Part shown: one piece after another, positions 9,195-22,127 of the stretch
Layout of the letters: each line of letters begins with the position of its first letter
Position numbering within the stretch: position 1 is the first letter of the stretch
NCBI GenBank assembly: GCA_965112155.1
Contig: OZ218100.1
Direction: 5' to 3' (one strand)
Length of the DNA: 64,000 bases
DNA from: Podarcis liolepis
Taxonomy: Eukaryota
Position numbers and translations under genes: made by a program
The notes under the pieces: generated by a model
What the model was told of the DNA's origin: nothing
Database searches by the model: none
Seen by the model: the letters and a program-made list of their open reading frames with translations, nothing else

Positions 9195-9512
9195 TGAATT
9201 GGAAGAGCCGCAAAAAGATTCCACTGAGGACATGGATTGATAATATGTACAGATTAGCTACATACGAACAAATTGCATGTCGACGCAAATTAAGAATGGA
9301 TAAATATGAAGAAATCTGGAATGAATATTTAAGCGATAAGGCGGATAGTGGTGGGAAGTGGGGGAAGAAGAGAGGTGGGAAAATATTATTAAAAGGGTGC
9401 AGTCATAGGTATATCAGTGTATTTAAATCTGTGTTATTATTGTTATTATGTTTTTTGTTTTAGTGTCTTTTGCAGTTGTTTGTATCGGGGAAAAAGATTA
9501 AATAAATAAATA
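9195..9512 (+). mobile_element. 5'-truncated L1/Tx1-type LINE 3' end
   Basis: Encodes LNWKSRKKIPLRTWIDNMYRLATYEQIACRRKLRMDKYEEIWNEYL, resembling the ORF2 C-terminus. (TAAA)n tail; 12-bp TSD AAAGCAGAACTT at 9183-9194 and 9513-9524. Confidence 0.75.
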
Positions 9513-11014
9513 AAAGCAGAACTTCCTTGTATGCTAATCTAGTTGGGCAGTCCTTTGTGTTCTGCCCTCTCATTTTCTAGCGGGTCATATTGGATATCGT
9601 CCTGGATACTCAGACTGTTTACCTTAGCATTATAGCCCAACTCAGATGCTTGCTTCCATGCATCTACCTGGAAACTATGCAGAGTGCTCAATCACAAGCA
9701 CACTTATATGTGCCTAGACACTCCCACCCCCTTTCCAGACATCATGCTGAATTGTGTAGGTGCTTAGTGTGCAGTATCAGGATCAGGGCCACCTCTCCTG
9801 CCACACACATTTCGTATATGCATGGAGACAAGCTTCTGAACAGATCTCATATTTCCACACATTATGAACTAAAAAAAGGATTAGCGAGGAGGTGGTCCTG
9901 CAGTTGGGAAGAAGCTTTATCCAATTCCATGCTTGTATAATTCGTGCACAAAATAACAGGGATGCAACAAATTTCCCCTTCTTAAAATGGGTTTTCATTC
10001 AGTGAGTCATCTGCCACATCCTTCTAGCCACCATCGACATCCATCCTAATGAGAGAGTGCTCTGAGAGCATGCTCCGCTGAAAATAACACAATGATACAT
10101 CTGAATGCCGATGAGTTGTCATTGTGTATGACCTACAGCTAATTATTTCTTCTATGCTTCACTTAGGACACTAATTTACACTATCAGGTTGATAATTGTC
10201 AAAGCTTACAAATGGATTGGTATGCTTTATTATCCATGCAATGTATTTTTAAAATCTTAAAATGTTCATGTGTACATAGCAGATTGTGGGTTGTTTGTGC
10301 AGAGAGAATTTGCACTGTGCAGCTGTTAATCTCCTGTAGTGGTAGTACACAGTGCTCCTAAAAATAGGGTGATATGATACTAGTTTTAACAATCCTTGCT
10401 GAGTCACCATTATTGGAGACCTCTCTCCTCAAATCATGTTTTCATAAAATTCATGAAAAATGCAATGGTATAACATTCTGCTCCTAATTACTTAGTTCAA
10501 TCCAGCATCCTGTTTCTTGGTTGTGTTCGGCTATAAAGAACTGGAGTAGCCAGTCCACAGGTGGCATTACAACTCCTGTCATTCCTGTCCAGTAGCCAAG
10601 CCGATTAGGACTGATAGGAGTTGTAGCCTGACACCTGAGGAGCACAATCTTGACTACCACAGATACAATAATTTTGCATTGCAATCATATACAAGTCTTC
10701 CCCTGAAATGAATCTCATTGTGTTCAATGGGGCTTACTCCCCCACCTACCCAAGTGTAAATAGGAGCCATGGCTAACCCTGCATTTGTGGAAATTTCCCA
10801 AGCTCCAAAGGCCCCCACTGACTTTGGTGGCAGTGTCAAAATATTTTTTTTAAATATATAGAATGTGTGAATGGGCAGTGTCCCGATGGGGATAAATGTT
10901 TCCCCTACTCAGTCATCAGATTGATGAGCAGGGTGGGGTGATAACTCTCCCCTCACAGTTGATCTGCATTGATCAGATAAGGAGGGGGCTGGGTGCCTGG
11001 GAGTGTGTTTACCT

Positions 11015-11042
11015 GGGTGGGTGGGTGGGTGGGTGGGTGGGT
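11015..11042. repeat. (GGGT)n microsatellite, G-quadruplex-capable
   Basis: Direct read. Confidence 0.85.
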
Positions 11043-11304
11043 GTGCATGAGAGAAGGTGAAGTAGATTGCTGGGCTTGGTTGCACCCAGAGGTTGGCCAA
11101 AGGTGAATGCATCCCACAGGTCAAAAGAAAGGGCAGCCCTCCCTGTTGTATAGGACCATAGCATATTTATTTTATGTATGTGTTGTTCAAATAGCATAAG
11201 TATAAAACAAATACAAAACTTTATCAAGTAAGGAGAATACACCACACAAAGGTAATTAAAAAGTGGAAGACAAATACTATTACTAAATATAATAAGCTAT
11301 AGAA

Positions 11305-11692
11305 CAGGGGTGTCCAACAGGTTGATCATGATCTACTGGTAGATCGCCAGGAGGTTTTGGTAGATCATGGTCAATCGCTGGGTCCCTTTCCTTAGAATCC
11401 GGCCCAGACCCCTCGCCCTGCCCTCCATTGTTGCACAATCTGCAGAACAGAATACGGAGTTTACTCAGTGAGGCTGTTCATTTCCTCAGTGATCTGTTAG
11501 TGAGTGGCTGTTCCCCTTTCTCCCTCAAAATTGGCCACAGCTTAGCCTTGAACTCCCAAAAATTGGTGCTTTCCTTTCTCCAACCTAAAAAAGTTCAACA
11601 ACTTTGACCTGAACCCCCCAAAAGGGGGTAGATCACTGCCAGTTTTTAATTCTGCGAGTAGATTGCAGTCTCTTGGGAGCTGGCCACCCCTG
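11305..11692. mobile_element. Non-autonomous hAT element (MITE)
   Basis: CAGGGGTG...CACCCCTG termini; perfect 8-bp TSD CTATAGAA at 11297-11304 and 11693-11700. Confidence 0.85.
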
Positions 11693-12604
11693 CTATAGAA
11701 CATAATAGCAAAAAGTGAGAAAAAGGAAAGAAAAGCATTTAGAAAAAATGCTATCAAAGACTGAAACACGTGGATAAATTAAATGTGCCATGATATGAAT
11801 ATATATCAGTACAATGACAACACAACAAATGGCAAAGTAAAGGGTAACTCCGAAGTCTGCTGTGGGGGGTAGGGGAGGCAGGGAAAAGGCCTCACACAAA
11901 ATATGTGGATTTTAATAGTGGGGTATTGTTACGGCTAATAAGGGAAGTTGTCACGTTTTCAGATCTAGCACCATTTACTGGTCCAGAGAAAACTTTGTAT
12001 GATCACTGACTGCAAAATCTCCAGTAACAAGTGTATAAATATTATATTAACATGCATCTGAATAATCCTACCTCAGTACCTCATGTATTTTAGTAATTTT
12101 CCCCTAAATGTTTAAGAACATTTCAGAGATAAAAAGTAAGGAAAAATATGCCACCACCTTAATCATTATCCTTCCTATACTGTCTCTTTCTCCCTCACCT
12201 AGGACAAAGTACTCAAAACATACAAAAACATCATTACCTCAAAAGCATTCTTTCGGTCTCTAATGTGGGAAATGCACTAAGAGGATTTTTTTTTTTTAGT
12301 TTATTCAGAAATAATGATTGATGCCAACATATGGCAGTCCTGTTAAAGGTTACTGAAAGAGTATCAGTGAACACAAAGCCTGATTCATGACAAAGTTCAG
12401 TTTACCACACCTGAAAATGAATAAATCATGCTTAATGAACCACTGTCTTCCTGGAATGCTGCTCCTTATTTTGTGCAGAATACACCAGCCTAGTTGGAGA
12501 AACTAGCCCCTGGTGCCAGTTTTTAAAACATTCAGACTGTGCTAATGATTAACCAATTATTCAAGGGAAAATTATAAAGCATTCAAATGAGAAGTTTCCA
12601 TGTA

Positions 12605-12845
12605 CAGTGGTACCTTGGGTTACATACGCTTCAGGTTACATACGCTTGAGGTTACAGACTCCGCTAACCCAGAAATATTACCTCAGGTTAAGAACTTTGC
12701 TTCAGGATGACAACAGAAATCGTGCTCCGGCAGTGTGGCACAGCAGGAGCCCCCATTAGCTAAAGTGGTGCTTCAGGTTAAGAACAGTTTCAGGTTAAGT
12801 ACGGACCTCCGGAACAAATTAAGTACTTAACCCGAGGTACCACTG
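12605..12845. mobile_element. Tc1/mariner (Tigger/pogo-like) MITE
   Basis: TIRs CAGTGGTACCT(T/C)GGGTTA / TAACCCGAGGTACCACTG; TA TSD. Confidence 0.85.
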
Positions 12846-14339
12846 TACTAAGTTTTATACATATGACATTCCTTCCTGTTTAATAGTATATGATGAACTT
12901 TGGTTTGGGTCCTAAGAAAAGGTAACTTAAGGCGGTTCATGGTAGGAACGTTTCCTGTCTTCTTACATAGCCTCCAGCATTTCGTTGATGAAAATCAGGA
13001 TGCGTGTCTTTGGGGGTTAGATTAGATTACCTGTGGGGTCCCTTCCAATTCTACAGTTCTATGATCTAAGGACCCTGTGAGGCAAGTTGGGGCTGTGTGC
13101 AGCTTGCCCAAGGTGGTCTCCTCAACCAATGGAGGTCTCATCTTCTTCCCTCTCTTTCTTTTCTCCCTCTGCTTCTGTCCTTCCTCATGTGGTCTTTTCC
13201 ACCCCGATAGCTTTCCCATCTGCCACACTGTCTGCTCCCTGACTGAGAAGAACGCTCAAGGTGGGGGTGTTGATGGGTGCTGTGTGAAGCTCCCCCTGGC
13301 TGCCTTCTTGGATATTGTGAGGAGGAAATTCCACATGGGCAGTTCCCTAAAAGTCTGTCAACGACCTTGATTGGATCCCAGTGGACATCGTGGAAGGGGA
13401 ACACCCTGTCAGCCTTCATCGCCAGGCATGCAAACCATGCTGCCCACTTGGCCCTGCCTCTGTCGCTTGCTTTCCCTCCACCAACTGGAAAGAATAGCTG
13501 CATTTTGAACTTTTCAGACAGAGTTATTATGACTTCAGACAGGAGGCGTGAGGGATCTGACAGGGTCCTAGAGTCCACCCTCCTTCTTCCCAAAGCCTAG
13601 TATTTTGGATGGAGCAAGGCAGAAAGTGTGGCAGCTCCCACTGTGTCCGTGTGTCCGTCCCACTGAAATAGTGGCACTTGGAGGGTATTTTCTTAATTTC
13701 AGAAGCCACACCCTCATTGTTCAGGATGGCCCCAATGCAGTGTATATTTTCAGGAGTAGAGGGCAACAAGTTAGAATAATGTGCACGAGCTTCCTTCAGT
13801 TATGATATTTTAGGATTCAAGTTTATGTTTTCAATTGCTGTCGTATAGCAGAATATTTGTAAGGCTAGGTTCTGATAATTGCAATGATCACATGAAAAGC
13901 ATTCTTCCATGATTCAAACCAGACGGTAGCAATAGTTCATGTGACTACTGCTATCAGATAGCTTGAATAGGTTTTGGAAAGCAACTGCATTTTCCAATGA
14001 GGAGCCTGCTCTACTCATGTAAGCTCCCCATGCATCTTGCAAACACTGAAAAATTCTGCAAGGAGTCTGCATGTATACAGCATGCTCCCCACTACAAGGG
14101 GTCACCTTCCCCCTTGTGCAGAATGACTGGGAATGGGATGGTCAGGCCTGGGTAAGTCCACCCATCCATTTCCTCTTCTATGCAAGTGCCTGCTTGGGGT
14201 TCTTGTGTGCTTGATATCGGGAGGAAAGCAACAGGGTATTTCCAGCAGTGCTTCTAATTGCTTATGTTGAAGCTAAGAATAACTCAAACATTACTTACGA
14301 GCCTATCCAGGGAAGAGCACCTATTCTGTAGAATCGAAA

Positions 14340-14620
14340 TATGACAATGTGTTGTTCCAATAAGAAAGAGAGGGAAGGGTGAGAGTACAATTAAAGAAAG
14401 TATAATGCAACACTTGGATAAGAAGCACCTGCTAAGGTCAAACCATCCATTTTTGTAAGGCAAAATTATTTGCCTGACCTATCTGAACTTCTTGAAAACA
14501 TTAATCAAACGGAAACTATAAGAAATCAAGCATACCTAATTCATTTGAAATTTCCCAGTGTTTCCTTTCAAAGGGATATTAAGGAAAATGTGAAATAAGA
14601 GATTAAGTCATATCACGACA
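14340..14620 (+). pseudogene. Degraded CR1-type RT fragment
   Basis: ESIMQHLDKKHLLRSNHPF..GK.ICLT resembles the CR1 'HL...L...QHGF.KGKSCLTNL' region; multiple disruptions. Confidence 0.45.
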
Positions 14621-15728
14621 TATTAGTATTTCAACCACACTAAGTGATTGTGATGGCTTCTTACGCTGGAGCTCATTTCTGCATTGTCCAGCCTTGTCCC
14701 TGCATTCCTGATTAGATATTAGATATACCTCTTTGATTTTCTGAGTTTCCCTGAAGAAGCAGAAGTCAAATCCCTACGTCCATCCTCTGTCAGCCACCTA
14801 TGACAGGTGGGTGGGATCACCTACCTGTCAATTGCTTGGTGTCAAAGTTCAAAGGCAATTGCTGCAACCACCCATTAGCTGTTGAGTGCTTTCAGTGAGC
14901 TCCTTTGAGGATGCACTCCCAGTGCCAATCAGTTGATTGACAGTGGGAGCATGCCTTCAGAGCCACTTGTCCCATTAGAGTGAAGCACTTGGTCTTGAAA
15001 CTGCATGCTAAAATTTAGCTATTTTCCATTGTGAGGGTGGGGTTTTTTCCTGTTTTAGCAAGCCATTTCAGTGCAAACCACTTCACGCTAATGAAACATG
15101 CCTCTTTGAAGGCTTGCTCCCCATGGCTCTCCCTGTCAGCACAAATCAGCTGATCTTCTTTAGGAGCTGTCTGTGGTGGTTAGACGTACATGAGGGGATC
15201 GGGGGCTTTTTTTACGATCTGATTAATGTCTTGGGCTTTGCTTTTAATTATTTTGTTTTTCATATATTGCATTTTACTATTATTGGTAAGTCGCCTTGAG
15301 ACATTTGTGTAAATCAGCTAATAACAAAAGCAGCAGCAACAACATACTCCTGCCATGTTACACCCGTTCCGCTACTGCTCTTTTCCTGAAAATCTACCTT
15401 TTTTTAACACCATGGAGCAGCTGCACAATTTCCCACATCTGTTCCATAAATTTTCTGACCTAGTCTGGTTGTATGGATTGTTCTAGCCATTTCCTTCTCT
15501 GTGGTCCTTCACTCCTTTCTATGAATCAACACTTCATCCTTTCCCTTTTAAAACAGCATGGGTTTTATGTCTATTTCTCTTTCCCCTTAAATTACAGCAA
15601 GAGGGAGGTGGTTGCATGACCATGAATGCAATGAGGGGGAAGGGAATATTTAACCCTTTCCCATCACTCTATGGTTCCAGTGAGCCCTTCCCCCACTCAT
15701 AACAATTGGGTGTGGGTATATGAGAACT

Positions 15729-15986
15729 TGAGTGCTCACTGGAAGAACAGACCCTGAATACTTTGGCCACCTCATGAGAAGAGAAGACTCCCTGGAAAAG
15801 ACCCTGATGTTGGAAAAGGCTGAGGGCACAAGGAGAAGGGGACGACAGAGGACGAGATGGTTGGACAGTGTTCTCAAAGCTACCAGCATGAGTTTGACCA
15901 AACTGCAGGAGGCAGTGGAAGACAGGAGTGCCTGGTGTGCTCTGGTCCATGGGGTCACAAAGAGTCAGATACGACTAAACAACAAC
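15729..15986 (+). mobile_element. Bov-B (RTE) LINE 3' fragment
   Basis: YFGHLMRREDSLEKTLML...RRRGRQRTRWLDSV; (CAA)n tail; TSD ATATGAGAACT at 15718-15728 and 15987-15997. Confidence 0.92.
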
Positions 15987-16635
15987 ATATGAGAACTATC
16001 CCCTTGGCTACAAAATGTTATTTGATTTTTAAAATTACAGAATTACTGTTCTACTTCAGTTTAAAGTAGAGCAGTAAGGATTGGGTGCTGCTAAATTGTC
16101 CACGTCTGTAACAACCCTAAAAGAAAGGTGTGCAGATTTCTCCCCCAGCCACCCACCCAATGACAATCCTGAAGAACTGTAGACTAGGCAATGCCCTGGT
16201 CCTGCTTAGTAAACCATGTGCTCTTGATAGGCATTCTTTTCTTTAAGATTGATGGATATTTCTCTCTAATGCTAACCATCTCTAGGAGGCTGATGACATA
16301 GGAATTTGATAGCCAGCAGGTTGGAGTGGGGAACCATCTGTCTGTTTTATTTATAATGTAGTTTTGAAGATGGCTGCCAGGTGAGTTTCCTAGGAAGCAG
16401 ATTTAAAAACAACAACAACAATAATAAATAAAATTATCTCTCTAGAGGTGAGAAATAAAGTCATTACTGATGAATCACAGATTTAATGAAAGAAGTTTGA
16501 AAGTCAATTCAGAAAACCTCCTCAAGTAAATTGTATTCCAATAAACTTCAGTCTGTCCAATTTCTATAAACTGAGTTAATAGTAAATTTGTAAAATGAAA
16601 TGTTTCATGTTGAAAGTGACCAGAATTATGTGTAA

Positions 16636-16853
16636 GTCAAAGTGCAAGTAAATAAATAGGTACCGCTCCGGTGGGAAGGTAAACAGTGTTTCCGTGAGCT
16701 GCTCTGGTTTCACCAGAATGCTGGCCACATGACCTGGAAAAACTGTCTGTGGACAAATGTCAGCTCCCTTGGCCAGTAAAGCGAGATGAGCGCCGCAACC
16801 CCAGAGTTGTTCATGGCTGGACTTAACTGTCAGGGGTCCTTTACCTATACCTT
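16636..16853 (+). mobile_element. Sauria SINE, 5'-truncated
   Basis: Matches the 3' two-thirds of the other copies in the window (GTGCAAGTAxATAAATAGGTACC...CCTTTACC). Confidence 0.85.
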
Positions 16854-18934
16854 TTTTTAGCGATTACCTTAGATGAACCAGTCCCCTTTACCTTAGTTCA
16901 CAGATCACACCTTGAAGCAAAAATAGAAGTATCAAAGGTCTTCTAGTCCTGCAAACTTGTGATTCATCTTGGCACATCTAAGGCTTTATCTCTTTGACCC
17001 ATGGCTCACCTTGCATACTGAAGCCTAGTGATGAACTAACAATGCAACATAAGCCGTTGCATAGCTTGTGCTTTTAGCACCTCATGTACTACCGCACATG
17101 AACAAATGTTTTCTCACACACTGTTTATTGATATCCTTAATTAATAACTCATGGCTATGATATTGACCTGAAACTGCTGTAATGTGTGGAGAAATATTTA
17201 ATTAAACTGAATGGGGAGGAGGCAACTCTGTGATGATTATGTTGATGGTGATAATTCTCTCCTCTCATTAGCTTGCAGTTTTAGTGGCCAGTGTCTCAAA
17301 GGAAGGTGGCAAGTGGGGAGGGAAGACAGCCTAACAAATTGATGCTAGAATTGCAAAAGCACTCTAACATACACAGGCCTGGCCAATTAAGACAGAATCA
17401 ATCCCATTAATGGAATCTTCTTCGCAATGCAAGGTAGTTTCAGTGTTATTGAAAGTACAGAGGAATTGACAGCTATAATTACATCTAACCATATGATTCA
17501 AATGAATAAAGCCCCATGACTGCAGTACAAGGTGTCTCATAAAGAGTGCAGTTGTTAAAAACGAATTGGCCTGCCAGCAAGAGTAATTGAATTTAGGACT
17601 TTTTCTTACTAATTCAGAATAGCTAATGAGAAAAGGCATGCTCTGGATCCAAGACGATGAGCTCCACCCTTTTTGAAAGCTGCAGTGGATTTGTCATTCA
17701 TGTATATATTTACAGCAAATAGAGTTTGCTCTTTTCTCTCTGACTTTTCTAATGGCAATATAAACTATACAAACATTTAGATGGTGCAAAAGGGACAAAA
17801 AAATGAATGTTTTGCTTTTCCATAGTGTCTGGTATTTGTCATAATACACAAGGCATGCTTTCTTAATTATGTGAAGAGGGGATGTAAAGGTTAGATAGCA
17901 GCACCTTGTTTTCAAATGTTCTCCATCCATTAATGAGGTAAGAAAGTGCATTCAAAAATTACCACGGAGGCAGGGGCATGTTGTGATGTTCCCCTGAATG
18001 ATGTGGAGAACAGGAAATTGTTGTACTTAGCCTACTTATGAGGTGCCTGGATGATGTTAGTGTCCTTTATTTCACGGTACATCTCTGGTGGTCTGCACTT
18101 TGCAGTCTTTCTGGGTGCACACTCTTCTTTTCTGAATCCCAATGACATTGTTGGCTGAGCTTTCCTGTAAGTGGGGGAAGCAGGCAGCGTTGCCTACAAT
18201 GCATCTGATATTTTTTAATGACCTCTTTTTACTTCTAAAATAATCAGCATGGATTTGAATGAATGAATGAGGACTTCCCTTAAAAACAAAACCATCAAGA
18301 ACACCAATCTTGGGGACCAATCCTCCCATGGTGGTGGTTGTTTTCTTCAGATCAGGATGTGTGGTGGCTGAGGTGGCTGCAGAGCACTAGAGAAATGTGT
18401 GATGGTTAGAGAAACACATATACTATGCTTTGGTGCTTCAAAACAATGCAGTAAGTTCAACTGCAGTATGGAAGAGGAAATTTGTTTCATTTCGTACTTC
18501 AAGGCAACCTACCTAATTCACACTTTCTGAAACAAGAGGTGCACTGAAGCACAACCATTCTTTGAAATTCACACGCACCTGAATTTTGCAATAAAGTTCT
18601 CAGGCCAAATAATGCGTGCAAAAATGCTCCTACTAGTGTAAAGTGGTCAGAACAAAGCATATATTAGTGAAAATAATATGAACTATGAACTATAAATGGT
18701 GGACAACGTGCTTTGCAAAAATGTGCATGTTAGGCAAAGTTGCATGAGGGACGGATCTAGTGTGAAATTAATGAAGCTTAAGCTTCAGGGCCTCTAATCC
18801 CGGAGGGGTTCCAGAAGTTGCTTTAGTCCACATAGTTTTAAAATGTTGCTTTAAAAAATGCATCATGCATGTATATATCATTCCCCTAATTATGCCTAAA
18901 TTTCACCCCTCCCATAACTCTGTTATGTCCCTGT

Positions 18935-19191
18935 AACTTATGTCCCTGTAAGACAGAATTGTTCCGCCTGGCCTTTGGCTTGTAGCCAATTAGATTCCCT
19001 CCCCCTCTTTCTTTTTCCTTTTTCCTTTCTCCTCCTGTGATGAGGCTGCATTTTAATATTTTAATGTTTCAATATTTTAATGTTGTATTTTAATCTTGTT
19101 TTTAAGTTGTATTCATTAAACTTGTTTTTATTATTGCTTGTTAGCTGCCCTGAGCCCGGCCTTGGCTGGGGAGGGCAGGGTATAAATAAAA

Positions 19192-19231
<40 letters not shown>
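18935..19231 (+). mobile_element. L2-type LINE 3' end with (ATT)n tail
   Basis: T-rich 3'UTR, GCCCTGAGCC...GGGAGGGCAGGGTATAAATAAA, then (ATT)n at 19192-19231. Confidence 0.6.
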
Positions 19232-19232
<1 letters not shown>

Positions 19233-21055
19233 TCGAAAAATTAAAAGAATTTTTTTTGTTCACACCAGTGACTTTGACATGTGGGATAATCCAGTACAGC
19301 AATTTTAATCAAAATCTGAAATGTAGTAGCTATTTTTTTTTTAAAAAAAAATGTGATCTGTCATGGAACAATTGCACTAAAAAAGATAACAGACAGTGGT
19401 TACCCAGACCTTTTTGCTGGTTGCCTCCCTAACAGTTCAAGCCTCAGGGTCCCAAAAGTGCAGCCCCTCCAAGTGTCCCTATTTTCCAGGGACAGTCCCA
19501 GGTTTGCAGAAGCCATCTCGGTTTCTGATTGGATCCCAGAATGTCCCTGCATTGAAGGGGATTGGGCTAAAAGACCATTGGGGTTCCCTCCCAACTCTAC
19601 AAGTCTATGATTCTGTGTCCCGCTTTTCCTTAGGACATCCCTATTTTCATCAGAGAAATGACGGAGGGTATGAACATTTAGGTCTGTCACTGAAATTGCA
19701 TATGAAGTGTGTATGTTAGGAGAAATTCGCGCTGAAATACAAATTTTCATACATAGTATTTTCTTGAAGAAACACACAAGCAAATGTGAAAATGTCAGGA
19801 ACCTAAGTTTGGAAAAATGAGAAACTGAAGGACAGATTTGCCCTCACTTGCACTTAAAAAAGGAGGGGAAAGCACATCCCTAAAGTGCCCTGCAAGAGAG
19901 GCAGAAAAACAGGGGAACAAAACTTTGAAGAACATACCACAACACAGCAGCTTTCACCCTACTAAGTAGCATCTTCCTTGTTTGATACACAGGTGCTACA
20001 ATAGCTTCCTCCTCAGCGAGGGAGAACAGCAATAGATTAGCAGTGCTTATACTGGATGTCATGTTAATAAAGTCCATTTATTTTAACAATGTATAGATTG
20101 AAATGAAAGGTAGGCTGTTGTGCTGGTTGCAATGTAAAATGGTCAAATTCATGTGTATAGAATAACTTAAGAGAAGAAATTGGGAACTCCATTTCCCAAG
20201 GCATTTTAGCTGGAACTGAAGTGGCTTTGCCCTCTGTTATAATAGAGGTGGCAGTGTTATATTCTGAGGTCTATCATTCATTTTGTCAGCTGAGCAATCC
20301 CAGTGCATTGTTCCTTTGTAATTCAGCTGCTCTACTAAAGCAGGGTTGCTTTTTTAATATTTTTCCCCAAAGGAGTACAGTATTTCTACTGCTGAACTCC
20401 CCCCCCCTCTTCTTTTTTGGTCAAGATAGGAGTTTGGAACTGATTGGAAGTACGTTTTGCTCTTTTGACAAGCGCCATCATTTTGTAAAGGTTATGGATT
20501 ATCTTACAAAGTCCGCCCTTTACAAAAGCCTTTTCATCTTTTATTATAATCTGCAATGAAGCATTTATAATGTACATCCTAGGTGTTTCTTTTGTTATAA
20601 TTTCCAAATGTAGCTTCTAGCAGAAGAGTTCCTATTAAATTTATACTTATTAAAACTCCTTCAGCTTTCCAGATCTGGAAATGTAAGTCCAGAATGCATA
20701 ATTCATTATTTCTGATACACTGAGGCTGCAGCCCTAAACATAGGTGATAGTCAACTAAGTCTTACTCAGAGTAGTCCCATTCAAACTACTGAACAAGACT
20801 AAATTAGGTCCATTAATTTGAATGGTTGACTAAGACCCACTAAGGTGGAAGCCCCATTGAGCTTAATTTTGGGTAGATTTGCATAGGGTTGCACAGTTTA
20901 AGAGGTGGGGTTTTTTTCCCATCTTTACTGCTATTGTACTCTGGCTGTGCCATATTAAAAGTCAGAGTGCCCCTAGAAATGAATGGGATTTTGAGTCACA
21001 TCGGATAATTTTGAAACAGCTGGGTGTTCCTTTTATAACTGGTGACTATCTAAGC

Positions 21056-21263
21056 CAGGCATGTCCAAAGTCTATTTTGGGGGCCTAATACGGCCCACCA
21101 GTCGGTTTAATCCAGTCCCTGTGGCAGTATATTTCCTGGGGTAAAATCCACAAAAAAGCTCAACAACTACAGTCCTAGAAAAAGGTCAACAACTTTGTTC
21201 GGCCCTCATGCATGTTCACTTCATCAAATCCGGCCCTCTTTGAAAAAAGTTTGGGCACCCCTG
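21056..21263. mobile_element. hAT MITE
   Basis: CAGGCATGTCCAAA...TTTGGGCACCCCTG; TCTAAGC on both flanks (imperfect TSD). Confidence 0.7.
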
Positions 21264-21806
21264 AAGTCTAAGCAATGAGATTTAGGTAGGATTTATTGCA
21301 TATCAGTACCAATCATTGGTAATTACAGCAAACTTGGGGGGGGGTGCTTATGTGGCGTTAACTGTTTCCAATGGAAAGCAGAATTTATTAACCTCACTCC
21401 AAAATAAAGACACACTAAGGAAAGGAAAACCTAAGGAAGGAAAACCTAGGAGGAAAAGACCCATGGGAAGAATAAACTTGAATTCAGAGATTAGGAACAT
21501 GAACTGATTCTACGGGTCTTACAGTAAATGGGTCACAGTCTCTCAGCAGATGAGAGAGAAGTCAAGGTGGAGGGCTACTGTTTTCATGCCCTATTTGTGG
21601 GCTCCCTGGGCATATTTATCAATTATTTATTTTGAAGATTTATACTCTGCTGTTCATTTGAGTGATTTTGCCAAGCTGCCAGCAGCACAGAACAGGGGGT
21701 GGTGCCTGGGAGCACTTAATGCACGTAGGCTGATGTGGGTTTATGAGGACTACTCTTACAGCTCAAAGAGTTTGGTGTGAAACCAGGAACAGGTTATTGC
21801 CTAACC

Positions 21807-22127
21807 CAGGGGTCAGGAAACTTTTTCAGCAGGGGGTTGGTCCACTGTCCCTCAGACCTTGTGGGGAGCCAGACTATATTTTTGGGGGGGAAATGAACAA
21901 ATTCCTACGCCCCACAAATAACCCAGATATTTATTTTAAATAAAAGCACACATTCTACTCATGTAAAAACACCAGGCAGGCTCCACAAATAACCCAGAGA
22001 TTTATTTTAAATAAAAACACACATTCTACTCATGTAAAAACACGCTGATTCCCGGACCACCCGCAGGCCAGATTTAGAAGGCGATTGGGCCAGATCCAGC
22101 CCCCGGGCCTTAGTTTGTCTACCCATG
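21807..22127. mobile_element. hAT MITE with an internal ~71-bp tandem duplication
   Basis: TSD GCCTAACC/GCCTAGCC; the block CCACAAATAACCCAGA...CATGTAAAAACAC occurs twice (~21912 and ~21983). Confidence 0.8.
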
